This document shows, one piece after another, positions 26,894 through 41,800 of a stretch of DNA of 64,000 nucleotides; the first letter of the stretch is position 1, and the number at the start of each line of letters is the position of its first letter. Source of the stretch: Haliotis rubra (taxonomy: Eukaryota); NCBI RefSeq assembly GCF_003918875.1, contig NW_025765178.1, positions 1-64,000 on the forward strand. Reading direction: 5' to 3'. The translations under genes and the position numbers were made by a program. The notes beneath the pieces were generated by a model that worked only from the letters and a program-made list of their open reading frames with translations, did no database searches and was not told the origin of the DNA.

Positions 26894-29800
26894 GTCCATG
26901 GCCACGCCAGTAGATGACGAGAGATTGTCCTTGTTTCCAATACATCGTTACATCAACGGAAGTAGGATACATATGTGCACCGATGGTTGTGGATCCCTAG
27001 TCAGTATGCCTCCCACCTTCATCACGTCTCTATACGTCTGCAGGGAACATCACGTGAGTGAATAAACTAAAGGGGAATGCCATTATATAGAGCTTGAGGA
27101 TTAACTTAGTTCTGTTCGTGGTATTGGGACAGCACCATATTTATTATGTTGTTTAATTCTCCACAGAGAAATATTCGTTCACAAGCCGGTATGGAGATTT
27201 TAGCTGAATGTGGCAGTACACCTCACAATGAACTAGGAATGCTAGAAACTGAATTATATTAAGACATGCATATCATAGCAGTATTTATGAAGTGGAAAAG
27301 TGCTAAAAAAAACTTGAAATGTATGATGTCTACATTGGTATATATTTATATAGTTTGTTGTGTCATGTCCTCACCTTCCATTGCCAGCTCTTCGTAAACT
27401 GGACTGGCAGTGACACTGAGAGTGGTATCTATGACTACGAGCTTGGGATGATGTCAGATCCTTCTGGTGAAGCAGCTCCAGATATCCTGCCCTACACGTC
27501 CACTCATCATCATCCTCAGTATCAGGGCTACCATCCCCGTCTCAGTGAGGGGCAACAGTTCTACATCGCCATCAAGGCCATCAACAAAGCTGGCATCTCA
27601 GCTTCAAAGGTATGGCATTCACTGAGTGAGTGAGTGAGTTAAAGTGACATTCGCTGAGTTTACAGTAAACGTAACACGTTAAATCCAAGTTTGACAATTC
27701 TTATGCTTTGTGATATAAATTTTCTTTCATTTCTAAGGTTGTGGGCCCTGTAAATGTACATACCTTGTACCCTGGATTTTCTGGATCGATCAATGTTATG
27801 TTGGAAAGTAACGTTCTGGTTGCCCGATGGAATAAGGCCTTCACAGATCCCGTGTTACGGTATCTCAAGTACGAAGTCTCTGTGAGTAAGTATACTTTGT
27901 CATCTGCTCAGCATATGTCGATGTATTAGACCCGTACGTCCCTGTCGTGGGGTATAGTATCGATGTGTGTGTGTGTGTGTGTCTCTGTGTGTTTGTGTGT
28001 GTGTCTGTGTCTGTGCCTGTGTGTGTAACAGTTTGTCTTATGCGCATATATTGTTGTTTATATGTAACCAATACAAGTAAACACATTTTGTTTCTATTCC
28101 TCAATCAATTCTTGAACTTCTAGGCGGTCAGTCGACAATAATCCCATTCAGGAGGCTGCAGTCAGGAGGAGGTTGTACTCTGATGTCGCCACCCACGTGT
28201 ACAGCTGTCGCCCTCACAGGCCTCCACTGGGACCTCCATCACAGCCACACCTACTTTGTGTCAGTCAGAGTCACCAACATAGTAGGACTGTCTACAATAG
28301 CGCTGTCTGAACCCTACGTCCATGGCGTCATGTCGCCGTTACGTGGTGTAGTGGAAGACGTTATTCCAGCTGGAGAAGGATCTTTGCTCGAAATAGATGT
28401 ACGTGTATATCTGTTGGTTCCGGAACCAAGATTCAGAATAAGAGGTCATCTTTTCTTTAATATCCTGTGTGTTAATCAAGTGAACATACAGAAGCCATCA
28501 CTGGTGACCACGATCCCTTGTTTGGCGATCTACCTTCAGTTGTTGGCCTTTATAGCCTGTTTTATATTGTGTACTGTACAAATAGTGCTGTTAATTTTAA
28601 CTTCATATACTAGCTTAAGTCTAGTAGTGACATCTAGCAGCTTTGCTGTCTTTTGACAACAGGTTTTTATCATCTATACATATTTTACCAACGTCAAATC
28701 TTGTTCTTGCCACGATATGGCTGAAAATTGCCAATGTGACGTTAAATATTAACTCACTCACTCACTCACTCACTATATTTGCTGTATTAATGATTCAATA
28801 TAACTTAAATGTGATGATTTTCGGAAATGCATTGAATATTCGTATGTACTGCTTCTGTACATTCTTGTGTACTGTCACCTTTAACTTGACGAGGCATCAC
28901 CAGGACCGCATGAACATTGAGTAAATTATTTGCAGGGTATTCAGGACACAGACCAGCAAATCTCAACAGGTTCCCTAACGGCCAGATGGCATGGATTCGT
29001 CAGTGAGTCTATGACCGCAACATACAAAGTCGGGATTGGATCTCAACCTCGTACATCAGACGTCAGGAATTTCATAGACGTTGGCAAGGTCTCGCAACAT
29101 GAGTTTATTGGCCTGAATTTGCAAGAAAACCAGGTTTGTAGCGCACAATGTTGCAAGTATATATATGTCTGAATACCGTGTTATGTTATACAGCATATTA
29201 TTCTTGATATTTCAGTGCAAAGTATTGATCTTTGTCTGTTCACAGAAGTATTTTGTGACTGTCGTGGCTGTTACTGGAGGAGGAGAGATGACCGTGTCCT
29301 CTGACGGTGTGACGGTCATCAGGCCAAACGCTGCAGTCACAGATGTCACTATCAGAGATGGACCAGGGTGCAGGGATTCTGGTATAAGAAGACTTTTGCT
29401 CAGTGCATATTGTATACAAGACAATCCTTGAAGAGGCTCTAGTTTCATGATATGACTATATATTTCCAGAATTACTTACAAAGAATTAAGTAGCTAACAA
29501 AATCCAAATGGTTAGAGCAACGGTATATACATATGTGTTGAGAATACTTTTAGCTTGATATAAGATGAATCGTCATCGAATCTACATCGAACAGATTTTG
29601 GAGTGTCTCCCGAGTCAATAAGAGTATAATTTTCATACGTTTGTGGTTATAGTTTTAGAGAAAATATGATTTGCAGATAAGCGGTGTTTCATCGTAGTAA
29701 CTGATTATTCTATTTTTGGAATGATTTTGTTTTCTTGTTGAACGTAACTGACGATTTGTCTTGTGTTGTTCTCAGAACAAGGTCATGATGTCACGGCGAC

Positions 29801-32800
29801 AATCAAGATGGTATGTATGTGATTATCATGCAAAGAGAGCTTTGTGTGAAATGATGAAACACTGGAGAGAGTCACTGTTTGTACCTACTGATTCCCTTGT
29901 ACTTACTGAAGTGTAGATAACCATCAACCTTTACCCTTAATCAACTTCCAGGATTGTTCTCGTGATCTGCAATTTCAAGCCTCTACTTCAACATATGCAG
30001 CCCACTGGATCAGGAATACCAGCACTACTCTGGGCTACCCGGATGTACACTGGGGGCTGCAAGCACAATTACCCAATTCAGGTAAATGAGAACTTGAAAT
30101 ATAGCTTCCAAATATTTGTGTGTATTTTATATCACAAAGTACATTTGTGAAGGAAAATGCTCTTAATAATTCTTTTTTGATTAAAAGTTATCAAAATATC
30201 AAACAAGGTGTCAGTATTGAAACAAAAATGTTCGAGGATAATAACATATGAAATAGGATTCACGAATTGTTTGCTGATTTGATTTTCTAGTTAAGTTATT
30301 TTATGGACAGTTATTATTGTATCATATTATATCGTCACATGTTGTATTTGCACCTAAACAGATATCTGGAACACCTGGAGAGATTTCGAGACCCTTGGGT
30401 CGACTGAGAGGCTCATAGTTGGGGACTTAGCTTTAGAACCTGGACGAACCTTCAGGGCTGCAGTCAAGTTCTGTGCTGGTAAAGTCTGTACCAAGCCCAC
30501 CCATAGTGACGGTGTGACTATCATACCCCATCCCCCAGCAGCTGGAAGCATGGCATTAACATACCAGGAATCTGACGGGGGACAGGCTCAGGTAACGTAT
30601 GAAAAGTTTGAAAGTAAATACAATGTGAAGTCAGGTATATTTAAACATTTTTTTGAATTCCTTTTCTTGGAGGCATGTGTAAGTTCTGAGTGAGGAAAAC
30701 ATATATGGATGACCAACTTCGTCATCATAAGAGTGATGTTCAAACAATCAAACATCAAACAATTGTCAGACACATGCAACAACCATAAGATAAGATAAAC
30801 GTTATCGACTCTGCCAACAACTCACGTTTTAGCCATTTGTACGGAACCTGCGATGTCATTACAAATACGTCTTAATAATACATAGTTACTCACATTACCA
30901 TTCTGTAGCCATAAACTGCATCCGTCTTCCTAACATCGCACACAAACCTTCAGGCATGGACAAAGCCTGCTGATAATATGTGTGCATGTTATTAGTTGAG
31001 TTGAGTTGAAAAAAGAATCGATAGTGTATTATGTTTAATAATACACAGAACTATATGTGTCTAGATCCAAGTTAAGATGTCCCGGTTCCGTGATCCTGAT
31101 ATACCGATTCTGTCAGAAGCCTATGACGTCATGACAAGATATGAATGGGGTCTCACAGATAACAGTCACAACAGCAAGATGTTGATCAACTGGCAAGAGG
31201 TGGATGCTGACAGTATTGTCAGTATCAAAGACGAGGTACACAAGAACAAAATATTTCGTTATAAGTTATCATTACCCTTTCCTCATTTATCGCACTATTG
31301 CAAATGTCATAGAGCTATTGTGTGTGTTTCCTTTGCTGACGAATAATGGTAGTTTTTGTTTCCAGACACGTTTTCAGATATTTCTTCCGAAGCAGCTCGA
31401 CTTTACCAAGTGCAGAAGACTGACGGTCAGGGGTTACAATGTAGTTGGCATGTATTCGGCAACTTCAGCAGATGTCAAAGACTGTAATGCCTATGACCCA
31501 CGTAACGTTGTGCCTGCAGTCGTGGTAGATGTTGTTGGTGAGTAAATGCTGAAGAAGACACAAACACAAAGTAAACAACTGGTCAATACAAAACACAACA
31601 ACAATGTTTTTTGTAGTTTTTTAGATTTCCACATCAGTGGAAAGTCTAGTCCTACTCACAATGGTTTAACCCATGTATTTAACATTACATTCTACTCACA
31701 TTTCAACCATGAAACAAGTATAAAGGATATTATTCTCACATTTATATGCTTTAAGGTCACATGCAACCAAAACATCAAACATAATTACAACACAATTATC
31801 ACTTATTCATGACATATAATATACATTGCTGGTTATGAAAAAACATATAAACAAAATTATAAGCGTACAATCGCAAATCAATAGTGCAATATTGTGTACT
31901 TCGGTTTACTTCCCAAGAAACGAAGCAGCCGGGACGGCTGGTTCATTTGCAGATGCTCTCACGGCTGATTGTGTGTGTACATATAGAGATGTTGGGTTTT
32001 GTAAATACATGCTCATTTTTTGTGTATAACATTTTGCAATCAACAGACATCATAACATGTCATGTGTTCAAGTATCACACCTGCCTGTCTGTGTAATTAC
32101 ATAATGTGACAGAGACCGAACTCGGGCCATAAATCAATGCATTTTGTTTATGGTGTATAGTCTGATTGGTGTTAAGTTCAAATTGCATGTGGTCAGTGAT
32201 AGCAGTTGTGTATTGAATATTGTCATTAGCAGACAGGCAGGCAGACACACAGGTGTCAATAAAACAAGACATTGAGTTTCGTCTGTGACAACGACATATA
32301 TATATCACAGTTGGAAATTCTGTCAACGCTAAATAATGGCATTGCGTTTAAGTATCGAACTGAGAAAGTGACTCGGTAAGAAGAACGTGTGGTGAAATAG
32401 ACAAATGAAATTATATAAACAGTTAATTTACTGTCATAACATATAAAAAGCTCGCGACTGTGAGATATCAACAAAACATTAGAAAAATAGCTCACACCAA
32501 AGCCTTCACCGAGTATTCACCGGACAACCGCTTCCAAGCTGCGCGAACCTACTTCACTGGGCACGTGCTAAAAGCGCAGCCCAGCTGTTGAAACCCGTTT
32601 TCCCCAGAAAAGTCTGGGGAAAATTAGTGAAACGTTTGAACTTAGATTTCACGCTTTTGTTTTACATCGCGTTATTTTCAACTTTATATGTTGAATTTGT
32701 ATTTTTGACGATTTGTTTCGGTAAGTCCATACCGAAAGGTATCAGAATCTGCAAAGTTGTGTTTTACGTTGCATGCGACCTTTAAGAAATCCATGTTTGT

Positions 32801-35800
32801 ATGAAAGTAACCTTACAACAGATTTCAAATTCCGTGTATATATTCGTTGTTCTTGAGTGTCACTGTCTGAATCAAAGAGATTTTAGAAACTATTGTAAAC
32901 ACTGGAACACATGCAACTGATACAAGACGTTGTGATTTCAGGCACAGCCAAAGGACCACACCTGGGATATAGCATCAGTTTAGATCAGAACAGTCACTGG
33001 AAACACGATGATGCTGACTACACTCCCTACAAGAACATCCTGTCTGCTGTGTGGCCGACTCTACGTCACAGGAACTACACGTGGGCAGTGGTGGCAGGTG
33101 ACCAGTTAGTCCCCTCATCTCACTACAAGAGAGAGACTCTGATGACCGTCAGTGACCCCTGTAACGTGCCCGATGTCATCAAGTGTGGACACATTGGTAA
33201 TATATATGTACACACATAAATACAACGTTGAAAATTAAAATCTTTTTAAAATATCATTATTATTTGAAATGCAGTGCTATCGTGAATTTACAAATCACTC
33301 GACTCAGATTGTTCAGTCAAATAAGTGGTTATCAAATAATCGCAATAACACGCTTCTGAACAGGTGACCTTTACTGTTATTTTTGCTGGGGACACAACGC
33401 AAAGTTGCAGTTTCTAACATATGCATTGGGAATGCATGCGGCAATAAATCTTGTACAGAAAACGCAATAGAAATCTGTAAAGTGTGTTTTAAATTTATGA
33501 TCAATCGAGAACACGAAAATCGGCAGTTTTTACATAACGGTAACATTATATTTGCCGATATGGCGTGATTTACATTTGAACAAACACGTTGGAAGTGTGT
33601 TGCTTCTGTAGGGATGTCCAATTGTTAGCTTACGAAGTAGCTGTCTACCATGTTTTCAGTGATAATTACACGTTCGAATAAGGTATTACCTGAAGTGTAA
33701 GGCCATTGCTTGAGGGTGTAATACGGGATATTTTGTTTAAAGGATGACTACATTAAAAACACACTCAACATTGGATTCATGCGGCATCTATAATATATAC
33801 ATGTGATAACACTTACGCGTTTGCCTAAATGGTAGAATGTAAGGAATATAGGTATGTTTAAGCTTACCGGTTCTCAATCTAAAAAATAGAACTATCTGTT
33901 TTGAAAAGAATGCTGTTAAATCTACACCTAGCAATGCGATTGTCTTCTAAAGCGAGTATGGCTCAACTGCAATCTTTTCGTACTTATCAGTTCACGAGTT
34001 CCTCAACGTAGAATTCACCCAAGAGGAATACCTACATCATGGCAGGAGATTTTATGTGTGCATCCACGCTGATGAGAAGAATACAGCGTTCGAGAAGTGG
34101 ACGACCCAGCTGGCTGAAGTGAACGTCTGTAGTGATGGCATCGCAGTCGACCTCACGCCACCGACACCAGGGACGGTGAACATCGAAGGACTCACAGACG
34201 GATTTTTTCAGGTACTGGTATATCGCTGTGAGACAGACAGATTCCACAACATTGGCATTCACTTTGAACACCTACTCTTGGTAGGTTCTCTATAACAAAG
34301 TCTAAGAACAAAATCATAGCCAAACCCCTATCACGTCTTTCAGATTAGCAGAACAGAGGTTTCCCTGAAATGGACAGACTTCACTGACATCGAAGAAGAG
34401 ATACAGATGCTTCATCTGAGTGGCATTTCACATTATGAGGTAGCCCTAGGTACGAAGAACCACATAGCTTACTTTAACTAAAATAATGTTCAGTCGATTC
34501 TCTCAACAACGTGCGTGTGTCCTGCTGCATGTACATCGGAATAATTCTTTAATTACATCAGACTGAATGATAGTAAATAGTAAATCGAAGACAATGGCCA
34601 ACCATGAATGTTTCTTCTCTAGGATCTGTTTCTGGGGGACAAGATGTGGTCAAGTTCACCAATGTTGGATCTGTCGACCATTACACGCTCCATAGTCTTC
34701 ATCTACATACTGGAAATACATACTATGCCTCAGTGAAAGGTATAACGACATAGAAATAGAAATAATAAAGAAAACATTAATGACCCATTAAACATCTATA
34801 TATGGTTGATGTGAATCTGAGACAAACCGGTTCCTCTATGTAAAAAAACATGGGACTTTCATTACGCTCGCGCTCAAAATGTTTTTCTTTCGTTCTTATT
34901 TTCCTCTATATTACCCATGATGCTGTCATTTTAGCCACAGATTTCGTCAACATGACAACAGTGGCTGTGTCAGAAGGTTTCCTTGTGGACTCCACAGCTC
35001 CAGTCTTGACTGGCCAGCTTCTACAGCTGGAGGGACGCTACATCACATCACGTGTGCTGCATGTCTGGTAATATCGAATTGATATATAAACCTGTCATGA
35101 TCAAATGATGTAACACAAGATTCTTCTTGTACCTTTAGTTCTGAAGGCAAATACCCTTGATTGAGATCTTAGTGATGTATTCACCCTATGTATTTTTAAC
35201 ATACAGTTACTCAATTGGAGTCTGTAGAATGTAGGTAATGCCCTCACCTGGCATATCTAATTTTTGTGTAGTTATCAATACTCGGTGAGTGAGTTAATAT
35301 TTAACGTCGCATCGGCAATATCTTAGCCAAATCGTGACGAAAACAATTCATGCAATGAAAATGAAAAAAAATTGAAGAGTAAAAACCTGTAAACGATGGA
35401 CAGTAAAAATACTAGAGTAGGTCAGATATGAATATAAAACTAGCATGTACATCTAAAACATTTTAATCAAAGAAGACAATACAATATAAAACACGGGCTA
35501 TAGATCGCCAACAACTGAAGGTAGAACACCATACTAGGAACTTATCAATACTGTGCAAGATGACTCTGAATGATGTCTGTTATAGCTGGACCAACGTGTT
35601 CTTAGACGAGGAGAGTGGAATTAGAGAATACATGGTTTCCATGGGTACCAGACCTGCGTATGCTGACGTGTCAGAGAACGTGATCACTGACCACGATTGC
35701 TTGGAGGTTGATACGTCAAATGTGGAGGATGGACATTCATACTATATTTCTGTGAAGGTACATATGAGCGCAGTACTTGTATTTCGATAAGGCGCATCTA

Positions 35801-38800
35801 TCTGTCTCTACACTACGGTACAGCTCTATTAATAGATTTACACAGATTTTCAAACCAGATCGGTTTTTACTCTTCCCACATATTATCCTAGTGATTTTTT
35901 CATGCTTAAGAAAAAACATATTCTGCGTATTCATTCATAGTTGATGTCACGTTTGCTACTCACGATATGGAACTGTATGCATATGTTTTTACCCTTAAAC
36001 ATATATTTGGCTTAGGCCGTCAACGGTGCAGGTCTGTACACACTGTCCTCATCACGACCTCTGGTTGTGGACACCACGCCACCATCAACTGGCCACGTCT
36101 ATGACGGAGTACAGTCAGCTGCCTCACACGATGACAAAGACAAGGACTATATCACCAGTGCCTCAGAGATGGGAGCCTACTGGGAAGCCTTCGACGAGCC
36201 TCATTCAAGTGTCGCTATGTACAAGGTCAAGGTCGGGACCTGCAAAGGGTGTGACGACAAACTGGAAGAGATAGAGTTTGGAAATTCAAAAAGTAAAGTT
36301 TTATTGTGTTATTGTTAGAGGTCAAGGATTGTCCTTGATGAAATATTAAGTTATTGGCAAATAGATCTTCGCAGCACACATATATACACTAAGACCTTTA
36401 TTAAGCACCCCGTGTATATTTGCAATGATAAAAAACATTAGATTTTCTGACCCAAGTGATCCTTTGACTCATAGAAAAAGACAAACTTATTGGCATGTTT
36501 ATTTTATGATGAAATTGATCATATTAAAAAGAGCACTGCTTTTCATACACAGTCATATCTGTACAAGTATAGCCCTGGAATGCTTAATGTCGAATTTATT
36601 TGTAAATGTGAACACTCAAAATGTCATTTTGATGTATGTCATGAATGCCATGTAACGTCCGTGTGACTTTATGACAGTCACCACACTCCTCCTCATACCT
36701 TCTGTCAGCCTCCTGATCCTCTGAAGGGGCAGTCTTCGCCATTCCTCATGCAAAACAGCTTCCAATTGGGCCAGGTGCTGTACAGGAGAATGCCTTTGTT
36801 GCACACGACGACCAGTTATGTCCCAGATATGCTCCAACGGGTTAAGATGGGGTCTCATTCAGACGGGAGATAAGTCAGGGGTGCTTAACTAAGTTCTTTG
36901 TGTATATTTCAAAATGTGATGATAGTATATGCTTTCATTATCGTCTTAGCAGCCTATCAAACAAAATGCAGATATCCGAGGCGTGATGCGAAATATATAA
37001 CATTTGAATGTGCACACAATTCCATATATAAAATATATAATGATTCAGACACCAACCTCCAGTACATACTTGTCTCCTCAGATCTATTTTTCAATACAGA
37101 CACTGCTTATTATCTCACCAGCCGATCAAACAAAATACGGAAGTTTGTAACGCACAGTAATTTATACCTCTTCACAACCTATATGATGCCATACATATAT
37201 GTTTCAGATATCAGCCTCCAGCACATCTTGCTCTCCCCAGGAGTGAAGTACTTCACCACAGTGACAGCCTGTAACACAGCAGGCCTCTGCAGCAGCTCCT
37301 CAACCTCAGACGGTGTGATCCTGGACAGCTCTCCACCAGTTCCTGGAACAGTGCAGGATGGCACAGGCGACATGGATATACAGTTCCAGGCGACGAGGTT
37401 AATGTTCCAGTTATACTTGAATAATGTAATGTTGATTAGGGAAATGTTGTGTGAACTTTATTGTTTTTCAACCACTTTACCTGCCTAAACCCTTGTTTCA
37501 GGACATTTATGGGATGCAAATGGCGAGGCTTCCATGATCCTGAATCTGGTTTAGACCACTATGAATGGCGTGTAGGAACAACACCAGGAGGTGATGAGAT
37601 TCTGGCAGCCAGGAATGCAGCCCTGGAGGAGGTCATCTTCCACATCTTCCCACGTGACCAACAGCTGCCAGTTGGGCAGATGATCTACAGTACTGTCCGA
37701 GCGTTCACCAAAGGAGGTACAATACATATTGTTCTTATCATGATCTATTCTGTATATTTTGATTTAAGAACCCATTTCCTCACTTGTACACACGTTATAT
37801 CTGTACACAATAGTTAATTTTAACATGCCATTGATTTTTTAATCCGCGCTACAGGATTGCATTCGGAAACGACGTCCAATGGAATTACGATAGACAACAG
37901 CGGACCTGTTGTTGTGACCACACCGACGGCGAGAGACGGGATTTCTTCCGTTGTTGCTAACACTACAATCAGTCGGACAGCTCTGAGTTTACACTGGAAG
38001 TTCCACGACGTTGAGTCCTCCATAGAACGCCAGTACCTCTCCTTATCATCTCACCAGCTTGGAGAGATAGATAGTTCTAATCTTAAAGTACAGTGAAACT
38101 GCTTGAATCATTCATGTCAAAATATACCTGGCGATTATTCCTTGTAAATGAACAGTGTGAAACTACGCTGATAATCAGTGTTTATTGCTTGTAATAGTTA
38201 TCGAAGGCAGCTCATGAACAGATCCCTACTATCCAGCTCTATGCATATACATTAGTAACTGATGTTTATACATAGTTAAGTTGTGTGGCCATTGTGAGTA
38301 CACCATATCAATTGTTAATATCACGGTTCAATATTGACAATCCGAAGTTGAATAAAAACGATTAGATTTTTTATGTATGAAAAGCACGGCAGCGTTTGTC
38401 TTTTATCTTATCGATTTTTATGTAATTTGTATTAATTAATTTATTATAATAGTGTCCTCTGAGCCAATTCACGACAGTATTGTTTTCACAATGTTTAACG
38501 AAATCCACAACTGGTCCCCAGATTCCAGGTTATATTCGAAAATACACATACACAAATCTGGACTTGCATGATGGAAGTAAATACAAGGTGAAGGTCACAG
38601 CTTGCAACATGGCGGGCCTCTGTACATCAGCAGCTACAGGGGACATTTTGGTTGACAGCTCTAAACCCAAAACAGGTAATCTGTTGCTGTACACAATGAA
38701 ATTTGGTGATTGTTTCGATCGAATGAATATGTGAAAAGATTACATGACACTGCTGTTGTTCGTCTGCAGGATCCTTCTCCATAGAAACCGACCACGCAGT

Positions 38801-41800
38801 GAAACTTCCACGACATCAAACTGGATGGATGACTTGGAACAGTACAAATCTAAACCTAGCGTGGCTTGGCTTCTCTGACCTACATTCTGGAATACAACAT
38901 TATCTTGTATCAGTGGGGTCTCGAGAATTCGGAACTGAGTACAATAAAGTAAGTGAACAACGTTGTGATAAAGCGTCACAAACGACAACTGATTATGTAT
39001 GCTATTTCCTAGCATATAACTGACATGATAATAACGTGTACATAAATATCCTTGAGTGAGTGAGTGAGTTTAGTTGTACTATATGGCGGCGGTCTGTAAA
39101 TAATCGAGTCTGGACCAGACAAACCAGTGATCAACAGCATGAGCATCGATCTGCACAACTGCAAACCGATGACATGGGTCAACCAAGCCAGCGAGGCTGA
39201 CCACCCGATCCCGTCAGTCGCCTCTTGCGACAAGCGTGGGTTACTGAAGAATCATTCCAACCCGGACCTTCACGGGCCTAAATATTCCTGACATGAGTCA
39301 CATATTTGTAAGATAAAATAATAACGCCTGCAGAAATAGTCTTGAAATAAGTCACATATTTATAATAGGGCAGTGGACTAACGGAGGTCTCCCACGAAGC
39401 AGCCGGAGTTGACAAGGGTGACGAGGGAGTTCTCCAGACCTTCAGTGTGCCCACCAAGACTCTGCCACATGATGGGACTGTGTTTGTAGCTATCTGGGCA
39501 GTGAATGGGGTACGTAGCATACTTTAGTGTGTAACTCACGTGTGTAGATATTATGAATGAATGTCTCCTTTTCTGTCTTTATACCATGAATCGCCTGTCG
39601 CTGACATTGATGATCAGTCAATAGAATGTTTCGTTGTGACTCGCAGGTTGGCCTACAGAGTGATGCCTACCACGCTGAACTGGTCCTGGAGGCAGACTCT
39701 ACACTGTGGCTGGTGAGGAGGTGCCAGGCCTACAACTGTGCGGGACACTGTGTCTGTGCTGTGCAGGGAGGTACCTGTCCTGAAGACACATGTGTATTAT
39801 CAGCAACAGGTGTGTCTTCTTATATTCAGATGTCAGTTATGCACAAACCTTAGTTAACAACTAGGTCTTAATATTTCTTTTGTGTCTTATAATATTTCGA
39901 TGTAACACACAAACATCTGTTAACGATGAATAGGTGAGTGTACGCGTCATATCACGACTTTTGGTGTTTTAGAAATGGTCGCACCACGAACCTAGGTGTG
40001 GTGCGGACAAACCACGGAATATAAACAAAATAGCAGATTCGAACCAATGACCATGGGTTCACACCCATCCCTCCAATAAGTAGACCACCCATGCCCTTAT
40101 TTAGAACTCTGTTCGATAGCTGATATATCTATCCACACATCACACAGCCTAAATGAGTGTGTTCATCCTTTGTGTCATTGTTTGTTATTTGTCCATGTCA
40201 TCCAGTGCAAATTGTTTACAGGAGCCACATCTATCACTGTCGTCGACACTATCGACCTCTCGTTAACACCTGACGTTGCTGACGTTGATGTTTCTCCTTT
40301 CAACACCTACATAGCGGCAATCTGGTCTGTTACGCCCGGTCTCCAAGTAACACGGTATGGCTATATCAGATACTGACGTCATAATTCAGTATTCACCAGA
40401 ATACATATTTGCATCAAACTTGTATTTGTGTTATATACCGATCATCTGGAATACACAAACAGAGACACATGAGGTGATGAACAAAAGAGTACAGGACCTG
40501 GGAATATCTCCATGTTCCAAACGTCTTGCGCTTGTAAACAAATATTTTTACCGGCTGATACAAACCATCGATATACCTTTGGTCATACCCTTTGGCTATC
40601 TTCAATAAAAAATTAAACACATGTAAACAAACAATTGGTTTTCTGGAAACATCTATCCAACAAAAATCAATCTTTGGAAAATGATATTATAACTTCCTAA
40701 TCTCAACAGAATAATGAGTAAGGCAGTTGAAAAGATCATATAATTGCCCGGTCAATTATGTCACTTAAGATCATATATCTGTTATATTGCAGCTATGAAT
40801 ACAGTATAGGGGAGAGCGATGGAGATGAACCAGAAGGAGTTTTTAATACAACAACTGGGAGGGTTTGGATGGACGCTGGTCAACAAACATCAGCTGTCAT
40901 ATCATTGGAAGCAGGTCATTATATGTTCTAGTTCTTTCTCTTTTGTCAAGGGTTGTTTCATCCCTATAGTTTTGTATTTCAAAATTCCATACGACCTTCT
41001 TATTGGAGCATTTTTCTATGACAACGTAGTCCCTTGTATATGGTCTTGAGTTTGCTTTTTTGTACATGCTGATTTCTGATTTCAGACAAGGTTCTGACAC
41101 CTGGAATAAACTACTCCTTTTTCGTAAAGGCGTGGTATGATAACGTAACTTACAGCATCTTCAAGTCAGATGGCGTCACCTTTGATACAACGCCTCCTGT
41201 AACTACTAACAAATCAGGAAGAACTGTAAGTGCATCTTGAATACCAGTTTTCTCTGAGCCTTTCTTGAGTGCATTTATACCGTTCCGTTTATTATTTTCA
41301 CATGTCTGACCGAAACAAATGCTGACACAGGTGACGGAACTCCGAGACGTTGAGGACTCCAAAGACAGAGACTTCCAGACACAGAACAGCACACTTGACG
41401 TCACGTGGTCTGGACATTTCCTGCCTGGTATAAGCAGCATCCATCGATACAGGGTCTACATCAGCACGCACAGAGGAGGTATTAGGTTTAACTGATTATC
41501 ATTAGCTTGTCTATATGCGAGAGCTCTCAGCCCTCATCAGTATCCGCGTCCCAACACCTGGATAAATGATGGAGTGAAGATGTTCTGTGGTGCTGAAAGT
41601 GCTATTAGCCCCAATTGATTATACACACTGACATGTCTTATGCCTGGAAACACACACGCGCACTTGCACACATACATGCACATACACGCACATGTGCAGA
41701 CACATATGCACACACACATATGGACGTATGGATGCTGCTCGCGATCATAGGGTTATTGACGTGTATAGGTACACACAAACTTGTTCTGTAGTGAGTATGT

